Shown here: positions 49,861 through 63,975 of the stretch, piece after piece
Position numbering within the stretch: the first letter of the stretch is position 1
Layout: every line of letters begins with the position of its first letter
Origin: Eledone cirrhosa
Taxonomy: Eukaryota
DNA: 64,000 nt
Assembly: GCA_964016885.1 (NCBI GenBank)
Contig: OZ024746.1
Coordinates: 2,604,001-2,668,000 of the forward strand
Reading direction: 5' to 3'
The notes under the pieces: model-generated
The model's input: only the letters and a program-made list of their open reading frames with translations
What the model was told of the DNA's origin: nothing
Database searches by the model: none
Made by a program: the position numbers and the translations under genes

Positions 49861-50604
49861 GAAGGGCCGTGGCCCATTGAACAGTTGTTCCATTGGTCAT
49901 GAGTTCAAATCCACATATGAACTTTGCATTGTGTATGACCTTAACACATATTGTGGTAATAGATTCATGTGACTAAAAAAAAAAAAAAAAAAAAAATTCA
50001 ATTTACTTTCATTTTAAGAAGAGTTCAGCTGTAAATATAGCCTTGAACAATTTATGAAAATATTCATATTTGCAGATTTATTCCATTCATAACTGTGTAG
50101 GAGAAAAGCTGTTATACATATATATTCATTGCTATACACTAGAAAACAATACATTCTAAAGGTGAAAAGATGCTGTATTTTCATTGATGGGAATCAAACC
50201 ATGTGGTTTGAACCATGTGATTGACTGGATTGATTTCCATCTTGGAAAAAATAAAAAAAAATTTGCATTTTTTTCTTTGAAGCAAGATGTTTGCAAATGT
50301 ATACTGATTAATATTTTTGCATAAATAGTCATAGCCTTTACTTCAGATTGTATAAAAAGGAATATAGAAGGCAGAAGTAGATTCAAAATCTCCACACAAC
50401 AGTCTATAAGAATTGACTAAGAATTGACATTAAAAGTTGTAATGAAGTGAAGTAACAGTTATCAGGTTGTAGATATATGATGAAACACGTCTATATTCAC
50501 TATTATACCAAAATAGTAAATAATATAATAAATAATATAGTAAAAATAGATATAATAGACTGTTTTAATGGCTTCAGTGATTTGACTATGATAAAATTGT
50601 CATA

Positions 50605-50915
50605 TCATCATCATCATCATTCTTCAACTACTGTCGAGATGATGGATCTCACTCTCATGCCCTAAAACTCCCTGTCCCCCATATAGTGCGGTTCCCTGAG
50701 GAACAGGAACCCTGGTGCAGTCAGTTGCGAAATCCATCATCTTTTCAAATAGCTAATAATGTGTGTGGGCGCCACTACTACACACATGTGAAAGAATTTG
50801 ACAGCCAAGTCTTGAAGAAGGTGCTTTCTCCTCCGTGTGGTGGGTTACCCAGCGCCAGATACCAACTTGGCATTTATACCCTCGCCCTAATTGTTCGTGT
50901 TGCAAGCACTAGAGT
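50605..50915 (-). mobile_element. Probable retroposon remnant with (ATG)n tail
   Basis: (CAT)n at 50605, locally GC/CpG-richer. Minus strand GGGTAACCCACCACACGGAGGAGAAAG resembles the RTE 5' motif. Confidence 0.45.
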
Positions 50916-51565
50916 AGTCATATATCTCGGCATATATCTGTCATATAATTGTCATATATCTCGGCAGCCACTCGTAATTGAGTATGACTTGGTATTAGAT
51001 TTTGTTTTCCAATTATAAACAATGAAGTAATTCTATCAATGATGGCTTCACTCTTTCATGGGATTGTAGACCAAAACTACACTCCCAGATATTGCTGACT
51101 AGAGAATTGGTGTGTGTGTTTTATTCTTGGAGATGAATAGAAAATGGTGGATAAATAACTTATTCAACTATTTTAGTCATTATATGAATTGAAGAAGCTT
51201 TCAATAATAGAAGCAAATAGCTTTCAATTTTTTAAACTTGTCCAATTTCTTCATAAACTTATCAATTTCTCTACATTTCTAGTCAACTATTAAAACTTCT
51301 ATTTATACAGTGAAAAGTTGTTGAGGCTAGTTTATTGTCATTCAGCATATAGTACATGCATGGTTCAATCCTTACTGGTATTTCTGGCCACCTTTTTTCA
51401 ATCCCCAAGAGAAATATACTCAACTTTTGGGGCTCAAATAATAGGGGGTGGAATAGGGTTGGTGGAATATCTCCATTGATTTTTTTTTTTTTTTCTTTTT
51501 TTTTTTTAAAAACCAGAATTAGTCATTTAGTTTCAGTGAGTCTTTACCAAATAGATGACTTGTTT

Positions 51566-51863
51566 TTAATAATAATGAAATTGTGTACAGTGCTCAGGTG
51601 CACTACAACTCATCAAAGGTGCATGTATAGTACATAGAATAATATACAAATGTCAGGGAAGTGAATAGTGTATGAGTCATGATATACATGTGTGCGTGTG
51701 TATGGAGGGGGAATATTAGGTGTAGTGTTGGCGAATCTCAGGAAGCATGGAGGTTTTAAAGGATGCAGTGTCTCGACAGCTAACAACTGATGCAGGTAGT
51801 TTGTTCCATGCTTCAGCAACTCTGAGCGTGAAAAAATGTTTCCGAAAGTGATGGGAGCTGTGC
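51566..51863 (-). mobile_element. CR1-clade LINE 3' end
   Basis: HSSHHFRKHFFTLRVAEAWNKLPASVVSCRDTASFKTSMLPEIRQHYT* plus a 3' UTR matching 15035-15270, and an (ATT)n tail. Confidence 0.88.
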
Positions 51864-51949
51864 TTATTTCATATAAGGCTTATTTCATTTTCTTTTTGTT
51901 GACTCATGTTGGACATAATGTTGGATGTACCACATATCATTTGGTTTAA

Positions 51950-52165
51950 CACTTTAGTATTTAAACCGGCCATATCCAACCAGAATTCTCTCAACTCTTT
52001 CTGTTCAAACCTGTTGTACCTGGCCGTTCACAGTGATGTTAAGGTATTGTTCTCAAAATAAATATCAATCTCATAGATTCGATATTATGAGATAATTATG
52101 TGAGGTAAAGCTTTTACTGTGAAAATATAATAGTATATATAGAGAGTAATGTAAATGCTAAAGGG
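51950..52165. mobile_element. piggyBac-type MITE P1 (opposite orientation)
   Basis: TTAA|CACTTTAGTATTTA...TAAATGCTAAAGGG|TTAA. Confidence 0.85.
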
Positions 52166-53359
52166 TTAAAGAATTTGATGGTATTATTCCATCATTATGT
52201 CTTTGAAAAGAAATAATACTATGGCAATTGGGTTTTACATCCCTCATCCTTCTTGAACCACAGTCTATGATTTGGGAATAGTTATGAAAATAATCAAGAA
52301 TTTGGAGGGATTTGGTAATGTAACTTTCTCATTAAGCTGATGTTTGGAGCATAACTTAAATGTTCTTAAATAAAACTGTGGGAGAAGGTTTGTTGATAAA
52401 TATAATCAGCTTTGTATTATAAAATGTGGGAGCAGTATCATGTAATTTGTTATCAAAAGGGTTAAAGCACAAGTAGCACTAATATTTGTTAGAGATTCCC
52501 TCATTAATTTTGTTTTATTTTGTAAGGCATTTTTCTTCCTTTGATTTTGTAAGACATTCTTCATATTTTCCATGTATTTTGACTTGGCAATTTTACTGCT
52601 CATTACTCGTGGAGGAGTGGTGGCGAGAGGGGGAAAACATGAAAAACTTTTTTGCATAATTATCATCTCTGATATTTAAAACCTAATTCTGAAAGAAATT
52701 TTGTTAAAAAATCAAAAAGCAACACCCAGTTGTGTACTGGCGGTAGAGGCGGAGAAGGGGTACTTTAAAAACTAGAAATTTTGAAACAAAGTTTTTTACT
52801 GACTCGTAATGGATGTTTACAAACATAAATTCAAAGAAATTGTCAAAAAAAAAAATGATGGTAATATGCTCATTCCAAAATTCTGTCTTAGAATTATTGT
52901 GAGCTAGTGCCTACCCAGAATGTTCTGAAGTCTGAACTACCAAATACTGGCATTATATAAATACAAGCCAACATGATTGCTTATAAAAAAGCTGACATCA
53001 ATATATCCAGTTTCCTCAAGCTTCCTTTAGTTTTAGTTTTTGACCAAATTGTCATTAATTTTCTATGAGATAAAACTAATTACTAATGAAATTAACAATG
53101 TTATGAGGTAACTTTTCATGTAGAAAGATATTACATCACTAACGTTCTGTATATATTTTTTGCTTTTTATCTATAGTATTTAAATATCTTTATAAAATAC
53201 AGATTTCTTGTTAAATGTATTTTAAAATAAACAACCTTTCAGGAAAAATACTGAAGTGGGGGTTATCTTTCTTATTAATTACATTGTTAGCAGGAATGTT
53301 ACTATTCTAAATACATTGCACACGTGCTTTCATCTTTCTCTCTCTCTCTCATCATTGTA

Positions 53360-53485
53360 AGACGGCAAATTGGCAGAATCGTTGGTATGCCTGATAGAAT
53401 GTCTGGGAGTAATTCATTCTAGTTCTCTGTGCTCTAAATTCAGCTAAGGTCAACTTTATCTTTCATCCTTTCATGATTGATAAAG
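53360..53485 (+). mobile_element. Old degenerate S1-related SINE
   Basis: ggcaaattggcagaatcgtt...ggtcaactttatctttcatcctttcatgattgataaa. Confidence 0.6.
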
Positions 53486-53661
53486 AGCTAATTCAGTATT
53501 GGTTCCATAAAGCCTTCTTTCTTCAGCTTAGGCATGTCACCAAAGCCAGTACCATTAGAATGCTGTGAGAAGAATATATGAAAGCACAATAGACCCTGAG
53601 GAAGAAACAAGGTTATGGTTAATCATAAATAGATAGGATACTGACAGGCACAACTAACCTA

Positions 53662-53877
53662 CGAGGGTGCTGAAAAGTTCCTAGCTTGATTGCTGCTACA
53701 GAGGCCTGAATGGAAGACCAACCATCCAGGTTCTTTTTTACAGGGCTTAGAAAAACTGAAGGACCTCTGCAATAAATGTGTGAATCTGAGAGGGGAATAT
53801 GTGGAATAAAATCATAATGAACAGATCCTCCTGTATTTTCTTTTACCCAAAGCCAGGAACTTTTCAGCATCCCCATG
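53662..53877. mobile_element. Mariner-derived MITE (sibling of 11195-11848, inverted)
   Basis: TA|CGAGGGTGCTGAAAAGTTCCTAGCTT...AAAGCCAGGAACTTTTCAGCATCCCCATG|TA. Confidence 0.85.
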
Positions 53878-53929
53878 TACAGCAGTTGAGAACAGAAACT
53901 AGGGACAGTTAGGATGCTATGACTCACAA

Positions 53930-56900
53930 CCACTATCAGTATTTCTATCACTACTATCACCATTTCTATCACCACTATCACTGTTTCTATCACCATTTCT
54001 ATCACTACTATCACCATTTCTATCACTACTATCACCATTTCTATCACTACTATCACCATTTCTATCACCACTATCACCATTTCTATCACTACTATCACCA
54101 TTTCTATCACTACTATCACCATTTCTATCACTACTATCACCATTTCTATCACTACTATCACCATTTCTATCACTACTATCACCATTTCTATCACTACTAT
54201 CACCATTTCTATCACTACTATCACCATTTCTATCACTACTATCACCATTTCTATCACTACTATCACCATTTCTATCACTACTATCACCATTTCTATCACT
54301 ACTATCACCGTTTCTATCACTACTATCACCGTTTCTATCACTACTATCACCGTTTCTATCACTACTATCACCGTTTCTATCACTACTATCACCGTTTCTA
54401 TCACTACTATCACCATTTCTATCACTACTATCACCATTTCTATCACTACTATCACCATTTCTATCACTACTATCACCATTTCTATCACTACTATCACCAT
54501 TTCTATCACTACTATCACCATTATCACCATTTCTATCACCACTATCACCATTTCTACCACTACTATCACCATTTCTATCACTACTATCACCATTTCTATC
54601 ACTACTATCACCATTTCTATCACTACTATCACCGTTTCTATCACTACTATCACCATTTCTATCACTACTATCACCATTTCTATCACTACTATCACCATTT
54701 CTATCACTAGTATCACCATTTCCATCACCACTATCAATATTTATATCACTACTATCACCGTTTCTAACTCTATCACCATTTCTATCACTACTATCACCAT
54801 TTCTATCACTAGTATCACCATTTCCATCACCACTATCAATATTTATATCACTACTATCACTGTTTCTATCACTACTATCACCATTTCTATCACTACTATC
54901 ACCATTTATATCACTACTATCACCATTTATATCACTACTATCACCATTTATATCACTACTATCACCATTTCTATCACCACTTCTATCTCCACTATCACCA
55001 TTTCTATCACCACTATCACCATTTCTATCACCACTATCACCATTTCTATCACCACTATCACCATTTCTATCACCACTATCACCACTTCTATCACCATTTC
55101 TATCACTACTATCACCATTTCTATCACTACTATCACCATTTCTATCACCACTATCACCATTTATATCACTACTATCACCATTTATATCACTACTATCGCC
55201 ATTTCTATCACTAGTATCACCATTTCTATCACCACTATCACCATTTCTATCACCACTATCACCATTTCTATCACCACTATCACCATTTCTATCACTACTA
55301 TCACCATTTCTATCACTACTATCACCATTTCTATCACTACTATCACCATTTCTATCACTACTATCACCATTTCTATCACGACTATCACCATTTCTATCAC
55401 TACTATCACCATTTCTATCACCACTTCTATCACCACTATCACCATTTCTATCACCATTTCTATCACTACTATCACCATTTCTATCACTACTATCACCATT
55501 TCTATCACCACTTCTATCACCATTATCACCATTTCTATCACCATTTCTATCACCACTATCACCATTTCTATCACCACTATCACCATTTCTATCACCACTA
55601 TCACCATTTCTATCACTAGTATCACCATTTCTATCACTAGTATCACCATTTCTATCACTAGTATCACCATTTCTATCACTACTATCACCATTTCTATCAC
55701 TACTATCACCATTTCTATCACTACTATCACCATTTCTATCACTACTATCACCATTTCTATCACCACTATCACCATTTCTATCACCACTATCACCATTTCT
55801 ACCACTACTATCACCATTTCTACCACTACTATCACCATTTCTATCACCACTATCACCATTTCTATCACCACTATCACCATTTCTATCACCACTATCACCA
55901 TTTCTATCATTACTATCACCATTTCTATCATTACTATCACCATTTCTATCATTACTATCACCATTTCTATCATTACTATCACCATTTCTATCACTACTAT
56001 CACCATTTCTATCACTACTATCACCATTTCTATCACTACTATCACCATTTCTATCACTACTATCACCATTTCTATCACTACTATCACCACTTCTATCGCC
56101 ACTATCACCACTTCTATCGCCACTATCACCACTTCTATCGCCACTATCACCACTTCTATCGCCACTATCACCATTTTTATCGCCACTATCACCATTTTTA
56201 TCGCCACTATCACCATTTCTATCACTAGTATCACCATTTCTATCACTAGTATCACCATTTCTATCACTAGTATCACCATTTCTATCACTACTATCACCAT
56301 TTCTATCACTACTATCACCATTTCTATCACTACTATCACCATTTCTATCACTATTATCACCATTTCTATCACTACTATCACCATTTCTATCACGAGTATC
56401 ACCATTTCTATCACTAGTATCACCATTTCTATCACTAGTATCACCATTTCTATCACTAGTATCACCATTTCTATCACTACTATCACCATTTCTATCACCA
56501 CTATCACCATTTCTATCACCACTATCACCATTTCTATCACCACTATCACCATTTCTATCACTACTATCACCATTTCTATCACCACTATCACCATTTCTAT
56601 CACCACTATCACCATTTCTATCACCACTATCACCATTTCTATCACTAGTATCACCATTTCGATCACTACTATCACCATTTCTATCACTACTATCACCATT
56701 TCTATCACCACTATCACCATTTCTATCACCACTATCACCATTTCTACCACTACTATCACCATTTCTACCACTACTATCACCATTTCTATCACCACTATCA
56801 CCATTTCTATCACCACTATCACCATTTCTATCACCACTATCACCATTTCTATCACCACTATCACCATTTCTATCACCACTATCACCATTTCTATCACCAC

Positions 56901-57735
56901 TATCACCATTTCTATCACCAGTATCACCATTTCTATCACTAGTATCACCATTTCTATCACTACTATCACCATTTCTATCACTATCACCATTTCTATCACT
57001 ATCACCATTTCTATCACTACTATCACCATTTCTATCACTACTATCACCATTTCTATCACCACTATCACCATTTCTATCACCACTATCACCATTTCTATCA
57101 CCACTATCACCATTTCTATCACCACTATCACCATTTCTATCACCACTATCACCATTTCTATCACCACTATCACCATTTCTATCACTACTATCACCATTTC
57201 TATCACTACTATCACCATTTCTATCACTACTATCACCATTTCTATCACTAGTATCACCATTTCTATCACTACTATCACCATTTCTATCACTACTATCACC
57301 ATTTCTATCACTACTATCACCATTTCTATCACTAGTATCACCATTTCTATCACTAGTATCACCATTTCTATCACTACTATCACCATTTCTATCACTACTA
57401 TCACCATTTCTATCACTACTATCACCATTTCTATCACTACTATCACCATTTCTATCACTACTATCACCATTTCTATCACTACTATCACCATTTCTATCAC
57501 TACTATCACCATTTCTATCACCACTATCACCATTTCTATCACTACTATCACCATTTCTATCACTACTATCACCATTTCTATCACTACTATCACCATTTCT
57601 ATCACTACTATCACCATTTCTATCACTACTATCACCATTTCTATCACTACTATCACCATTTCTATCACTACTATCACCATTTCTATCACTACTATCACCA
57701 TTTCTATCACTACTATCACCATTTCTATCATTGCC
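53930..57735. repeat. 21-bp minisatellite, ~3.8 kb (about 180 copies)
   Basis: Unit atcactactatcaccatttct, with variant units in runs. Confidence 0.97.
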
Positions 57736-57840
57736 ACTGCTACTATCTTTATATCCATCATAATTATACCTTTAACAATCTCCCTATCACCAGTACCATC
57801 CAGCCATCCACTGTAGGCTCTCTTACTTGCTACCTCCTTT

Positions 57841-57968
57841 ACCATCCCCTACACCCAAACTCCCACTCGTATCATCCCCTACACCCAAACTCCCACTCAT
57901 ACTATCCCCTACACCCAAACTCCCACTCGTACCATCCCCTACACCCAAACTCCCACTCGTACCATCAC
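57841..57968. repeat. 40-bp tandem repeat (~3 copies)
   Basis: Unit built from accatcccctacacccaaactcccactcgt-like blocks, recurring at 57841-57968. Confidence 0.7.
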
Positions 57969-58006
57969 CACTAACCACAACAACAATCACTAATGATATA
58001 TTGCCA

Positions 58007-58218
58007 ACAACCCCAGCCATCAACCCCAGCCATCAACCCCAGCCACCGACCCCGGCCATCAACCCCAGCCATCGACCCCAGCCACCGACCCCAGCCATCA
58101 TCCCCAGCCATCGACCCCAGCCACCGACCCCAGCCATCGACCCCGGCCACCAACCCCAGCCACCAACCCCGGCCATCGACCCCGGCCATCAACCCCAGCC
58201 ACCGACCCCAGCCATCAT
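58007..58218. repeat. 13-bp C-rich minisatellite (~16 copies)
   Basis: Unit ccccagccatcaa and variants. Confidence 0.9.
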
Positions 58219-59040
58219 CACTATCCAAAGTATATTTTATATGAAGGTTCCAGTTAAAGGTTACATCTGAAAGATCAGATATTCACCCCTCTCTCTTTAT
58301 TTCTCATTTTCATTGCCTTTTGTTTCTGCTTCCACAAAGTTTTTATTGGCTTTGCTGTAAATTTTTATTAAAACATGGCTTACTTTGGAGAAAACCTCAT
58401 AAATATGAAACCCTTGAGAATCAATAGAATAGCATATTCACACACACACACACATGCATAGACATAAACACACACACACATAAACACATGCACACACACA
58501 GACATACATAGTCATACACAGACATACACACCCCCAGATACACACACCCACCCACCCATACATACAGACATACACACACATACATACACAGACACTCAGT
58601 TTTTTTACCACCTTTCACACTTATACAAAATCACTAATGTAATCTTATCCTTAGATACTCTTGCACACTTTAAAGCATGTGTACACACACACAGTGATGC
58701 ATGCATATGCACACACATAGACAAATATACATACTAATTGATACAGACACAACTACATAGCTGGTTATCACTCACCTGAGGTCAGGCTCAATGTATAAAA
58801 CTCATATTTTGCCTTCATAATTTTAGTGAAATGCTCTGAGGCTGTCCTGTTATTAAAAGGTGATTTATTCAGTGAGTGGCAGGGAGAGGAATGAGAGAGA
58901 AATACTACATATTTTGCCAACTGTTTAAAAACCATGGATGGCTTTATTTCTGGCATTTAATCATTTTCCAATACACCACATGTGTGCTGGCTGGCTCTCC
59001 TCCTGTCACACTGTGTTTGTCTGTGTGTGTATGTATGTAT

Positions 59041-59092
<52 letters not shown>

Positions 59093-60780
59093 CACACTCG
59101 CACACACATTATATATATATAATCAAACTTCAGTTTCAGCTAGATATCTGTCCATATTGGTTGACTGAGTTAAAAACCACTTCAATAATATACACTAAAT
59201 ACTCTTCCTATGCGACTGATTTGACATTGTTTATCTAGAATTCTCTAATATAATTAATAAATATTAGTTGTGTGTGTGTTCATTTTATATCAATGGGTTG
59301 ATGACAGAAATGGTGCATTTTGTTATTTTAGAGTTTAACTCCAGCTTTGTCTTATACCTTTCTGAGGTTAACAAAATATTAACAGTACTGTATCAAACTG
59401 CATTAACAGGACATTCTTTAAAAATATAAAATACCACTATGACTACATCACATTAAAAATTAGTCTTTATTTTAGTTTACTGCAAAGTTTCTCAATATGA
59501 GCCTTCTGAATTAATAAAGCTGTTTTTAGATATTTTCTGCTAAATCATTAGAGAAGGTAAAGAGATGATTAGAAGCAAGCTAAGTTGTACCATGTTCCAG
59601 TTACTATTATATCAACAATTAGGTCTCTCTCATATATCATGTAACATCTTGGTCAAATCCTATCATTCAATTATTGATCTATAGCCATACTGTCCATTTT
59701 GAGTCGGTCATTTTAACTTGTTAGATAAGGTATTTGTCTGTTATTTTAGCTCCAAATGAACCCCGATTGAGCAGATATCTGATCAAAGCCATTCCACTCA
59801 TGACTCTCCAATCTGTTTTAAATGTATCTAACACTACACTATTTAATTTTATTTCCTTTTTAAGATGTGGTTGATTGGAGAGAGAATTAGCTGTTATTTC
59901 TAGCAAGTTAAATTACCATAAACAGGTTGTCTGCTGTATTAATTGGTTATACAAATTACATGATATTGTTGGTTCATTTTTTAGTTTTAGTAGTTGTTTT
60001 CACCATGGATTGTATAAAATTCTAAGCAAATATGCTTTTTCTTAATTAAAAAAAAAAATTAATTTCTTTTCACGTTTGTATTAGTTTATAAAAAAAGTGT
60101 AACCCCCAAACATCTATACGTGGGATTGGTGTTTTATAGCTAAATTTCCTTTTATACCGTTAACTCAACCATGAAATGATAACCACCTCTCTATTACAGC
60201 TAGGTTACTTGAAATAAAGTAATAGTGTCAAAAATGTAAGAGTTAGTTTCAAGCCAGCATCAATATCAGCAACATCTCCATTATTTTGCTATGTTTATAA
60301 TAATAATATTGCTTCTGTTATGATACTCCTGAATTAACAAATGCATACATCAACAAGTTGAAAAACAGAAGAAATATATATATAGAGGCAAGCATAGCGA
60401 GTTACTTAGCAACTGTATGGTCTGATTCAATTCTATAGTATGGTACCTTGGGTAGATATTTTTTTACTATACCCTTGCATTTACCAATAACTAGCAAGTG
60501 AAGATTGGTAGCTATAAAACTGAGAAGCCAATTGCATAAGTGCATGCATGTGTGTACATGTATGTGCATGTACACACTCACACTCACACTCACTCACACA
60601 CACTCGCTCGCACGCACGCACGCACGCATGCGAGCGCGCGCGCGCTCAAGGTCTTCTCAAACCTTTTCCAACAATCACATTTTTGTTATCTTGGATATAG
60701 GAGGCATTAAAAAGGCTTTTAGACAAAACTGGCAATTACCAGGGAAAGCAGTGTACAAAGTTTACATTATTTAGAATTGC

Positions 60781-60883
60781 ACAGTCCTATGCGAGCAAGA
60801 CAATCACTCTTGCCTCAAGTGGGACTACCCCCGTCCAAACCCATGCAAGCGTGGAACACGGACGTTAAACGTTGATGATGATG
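60781..60883 (+). mobile_element. RTE family B extreme 3' end (~100 bp)
   Basis: Nearly identical to 25447-25548. (GAT)n tail, with acagtcc at both junctions. Confidence 0.9.
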
Positions 60884-61249
60884 TACAGTCCATGAACAAA
60901 TCGTAATCCTAGTTTTCAAAGCTTGAATTGAAACAGTTGAGTTCTATAGAAGTGGTGCTGCCAGAACAATGGCAGAAACTAACCAAAGAAATGCTGGACA
61001 TTGCTCTCTTTTATGAATTGTTCTTGCTCGGTTTCTTGAAAAAATAATGAACAGCTGATTACAAGTGTAAACTATTTCTGTTGGTGTTCCCAATTGAGAA
61101 TATTATTGATTCAGTTCAATGTTTTCAGTTCTTTGATCAATATTTAGGTGCAATTGATTACATGTGTATAGAGTTTCCTTCTGCTTACATAGCAGAGATA
61201 GCTGTACATCCCTAGTGCCTTTGGCTGACACGGATAGTTCTTGTAGCAC

Positions 61250-62105
61250 CTACCCTCCCTTACATCTCTCATGGTAGCTACCCTCCCTTACATCTCTCAT
61301 GGAAGCTACCCTCCCTTACATCTCTCATGGTAGCTACCCTCCCTTACATCTCTCATGGTAGCTACCCTCCCTTACATCTCTCATGGTAGCTACCCTCCCT
61401 TACATCTCTCATGGTAGCTACCCTCCCTTACATCTCTCATGGTAGCTACCCTCCCTTACATCTCTCATGGTAGCTACCCTCCCTTACATCTCTCATGGTA
61501 GCTACCCTCCCTTACATCTCTCATGGAAGCTACCCTCCCTTACATCTCTCATGGTAGCTACCCTCCCTTACATCTCTCATGGTAGCTACCCTCCCTTACA
61601 TCTCTCATGGTAGCTACCCTCCCTTACATCTCTTATGGTAGCTACCCTCCCTTATGTCTCTCATGGTAGCTACCCTCCCTTACATCTCTTATGGTAGCTA
61701 CCCTCCCTTATGTCTCTCATGGTAGCTACCCTCCCTTACATCTCTCATGGTAGCTACCCTCCCTTACATCTCTCATGGTAGCTACCCTCCCTTACATCTC
61801 TCATGGTAGCTACCCTCCCTTGCATCTCTCATGGTAGCTACCCTCCCTTACGTCTCTCATGGTAGCTACCCTCCCTTGCGTCTCTCGTGGTAGCTACCCT
61901 CCCTTACGTCTCTCATGGTAGCTACCCTCCCTTACGTCTCTCATGGTAGCTACCCTCCCTTACGTCTCTCATGGTAGCTACCCTCCCTTACGTCTCTCAT
62001 GGTAGCTACCCTCCCTTACGTCTCTCATGGAAGCTACCCTCCCTTACGTCTCTCATGGTAGCTACCCTCCCTTACATCTCTCATGGTAGCTACCCTTCCT
62101 TATGT
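61250..62105. repeat. 28-bp minisatellite (~30 copies)
   Basis: Unit ctaccctcccttacatctctcatggtag. Confidence 0.97.
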
Positions 62106-62852
62106 CATGGTGAAATGTAGCTTCTCTACTATAATGAATGCAACTGACCAGGTCCAAAGTGCAGTAAACATGACTCAGCTAAGAGAACAATAACTCTGAT
62201 ATAGGATTAAAGGAAGATCTTTAGTTTTGCTGCAGAACACATTTCTAGTGCTAGTGGCATGATTAGATATATCCAATCCATGCTGTAGAATTGATGGGAA
62301 TGGCATCTAGCTGTATACACCATGTTTTCAAAGGCAGGAAGAAATGGAGTTAATGTGAACTCCACAAGCTGCAGTGCTTGCAACTCATCCCAGAGAATAG
62401 TAACTCTGAATAAAAACTGAAGCAAGATAGAGAGGAACGTTTTAAGCATGCTGCATCAACCACTCTAATACTGGTGACACAAAGAAATACCATGATGTAA
62501 AGTGGTTTGTAATAAAGGCATCCAGCCATTAAAACGATGACAAAAACATATCTTTTGCAGCATGGTGATATTTTCTGCTGTAGTATGACCTAGATAATAA
62601 AGTAAGAATAGAAGTCAGTGAGTTTGTAGAGAATGGTAGTGAAGGTGCAGTGGCAGTTGTCAATAGAGATATTGAGAAAGTGGACAGAAGAGATGGAGAA
62701 AGGAAATAAATATGCAGGATGAAAAGAGCAGATAAACGATAGGAAAAAGTTAAGTTGTTCATGAAAGACATGATACAATTATCTATGTAGCTATTATATA
62801 GATTTGAGAAAGGTTCAGTGTATTGGGGGAAGACTTGGGCTTCAATGTAGCT

Positions 62853-63540
62853 GATTAACATGTCTAGTTGGGTCCCATTCTGTTCCCTGTGGTTCCCTAG
62901 TAACCTGTTGATCAACATGTCTAGTTGGGTCCCATTCTGTTCCCTGTGGTTCCCTAGTAACCTGTTGATCAACATGTCTAGTTGGGTCCCATTCTGTTCC
63001 CTATGGTTCCCTAGTAACCTGTTGATCAACATGTCTAGTTGGGCCCCATTCTGTTCCCTGTGGTTCCCTAGTAACCTGTTGATCAACGTGTCTAGTGTTG
63101 GGTCCCATTCTGTTCCCTGTGGGTCCCTAGTAACCTGTTGATCAACATGTCTAGTTGGGTCCCATTCTGTTCCCTGTGGTTCCCTAGTAACTTGTTGATC
63201 AACGTGTCTAGTGTTGGGTCCCATTCTGTTCCCTGTGGTTCCCTAGTAACCTGTTGATCAACATGTCTAGTTGGGTCCCATTCTGTTCCCTGTGGTTCCC
63301 TAGTAACCTGTTGATCAACATGTCTAGTTGGGTCCCATTCTGTTCCCTATGGTTCCCTAGTAACCTGTTGATCAACATGTCTAGTTGGGTCCCATTCTGT
63401 TCCCTGTGGTTCCCTAGTAACCTGTTGATCAACATGTCTAGTTGGGTCCCATTCTGTTCCCTATGGTTCCCTAGTAACCTGTTGATCAACATGTCTAGTT
63501 GGGTCCCATTCTGTTTCCTGTGGTTCCCTAGTAACCTGCT
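62853..63540. repeat. 57-bp minisatellite (~12 copies)
   Basis: Unit aacatgtctagttgggtcccattctgttccctgtggttccctagtaacctgttgatc. Two units carry a 2-bp insertion. Confidence 0.97.
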
Positions 63541-63902
63541 GGTAGATCTCTGAAAAAACAAACTATATATATAAAATAGATGTAAAATGATTTAAGCTAT
63601 AATTATGTAGGTGTGTGTCTGTATATATATATATATGTATATTGTTGGTTTAAAATGGCATTGGGAAAATTTGAAATGCAGTCATACCAACACAGTCAAT
63701 TACTATAATTAAGAGTACCCCTGGAGACTGGGGAAAATCAGACAGGGGTACCTGCAAGAAATCTCCCAGATGTTGGGTAAGTGTTTTAACCATTACACTA
63801 AGGGGTCTCTGACCACCAATTACCCAATGTTTCTTAAATTAACTGGATATTTACACTTCTAGCTACAGGCCAATCTTTGAAAAGATGGTAATCAGTGACC
63901 AG

Positions 63903-63975
63903 GACCCTTAGCGTAATGGTTAAAGCACTCACCTGGCATCTGTGAGATGCAGGGTTCAATTAGTTACAGGTGTCT
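63903..63975 (+). other. tRNA-like pseudogene / SINE head (inverted partner at ~63760-63812)
   Basis: TAGCGTAATGGTTAAAGC (A box/D arm) and GGGTTCAAT (B box), with a broken T arm and acceptor stem. Confidence 0.55.

Noticed and set aside
53619-57845. 372-aa and 887-aa (VIEMVIV)n ORFs and a His/Tyr-rich ORF
   Set aside because: Translations of a 21-bp minisatellite, with no unique domain and frames broken by unit variants.
57827-58270. Pro-rich 147-aa ORF
   Set aside because: Made of two short tandem arrays, starts at TTG and shows no clear splice context.
61250-63540. CRISPR-like regular repeats of 28 and 57 bp
   Set aside because: No unique spacers and no cas genes; these are head-to-tail minisatellites in a eukaryotic context.
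63903-63975. Functional tRNA gene
   Set aside because: T arm and acceptor stem do not pair properly, so it is better explained as a SINE head or pseudogene.
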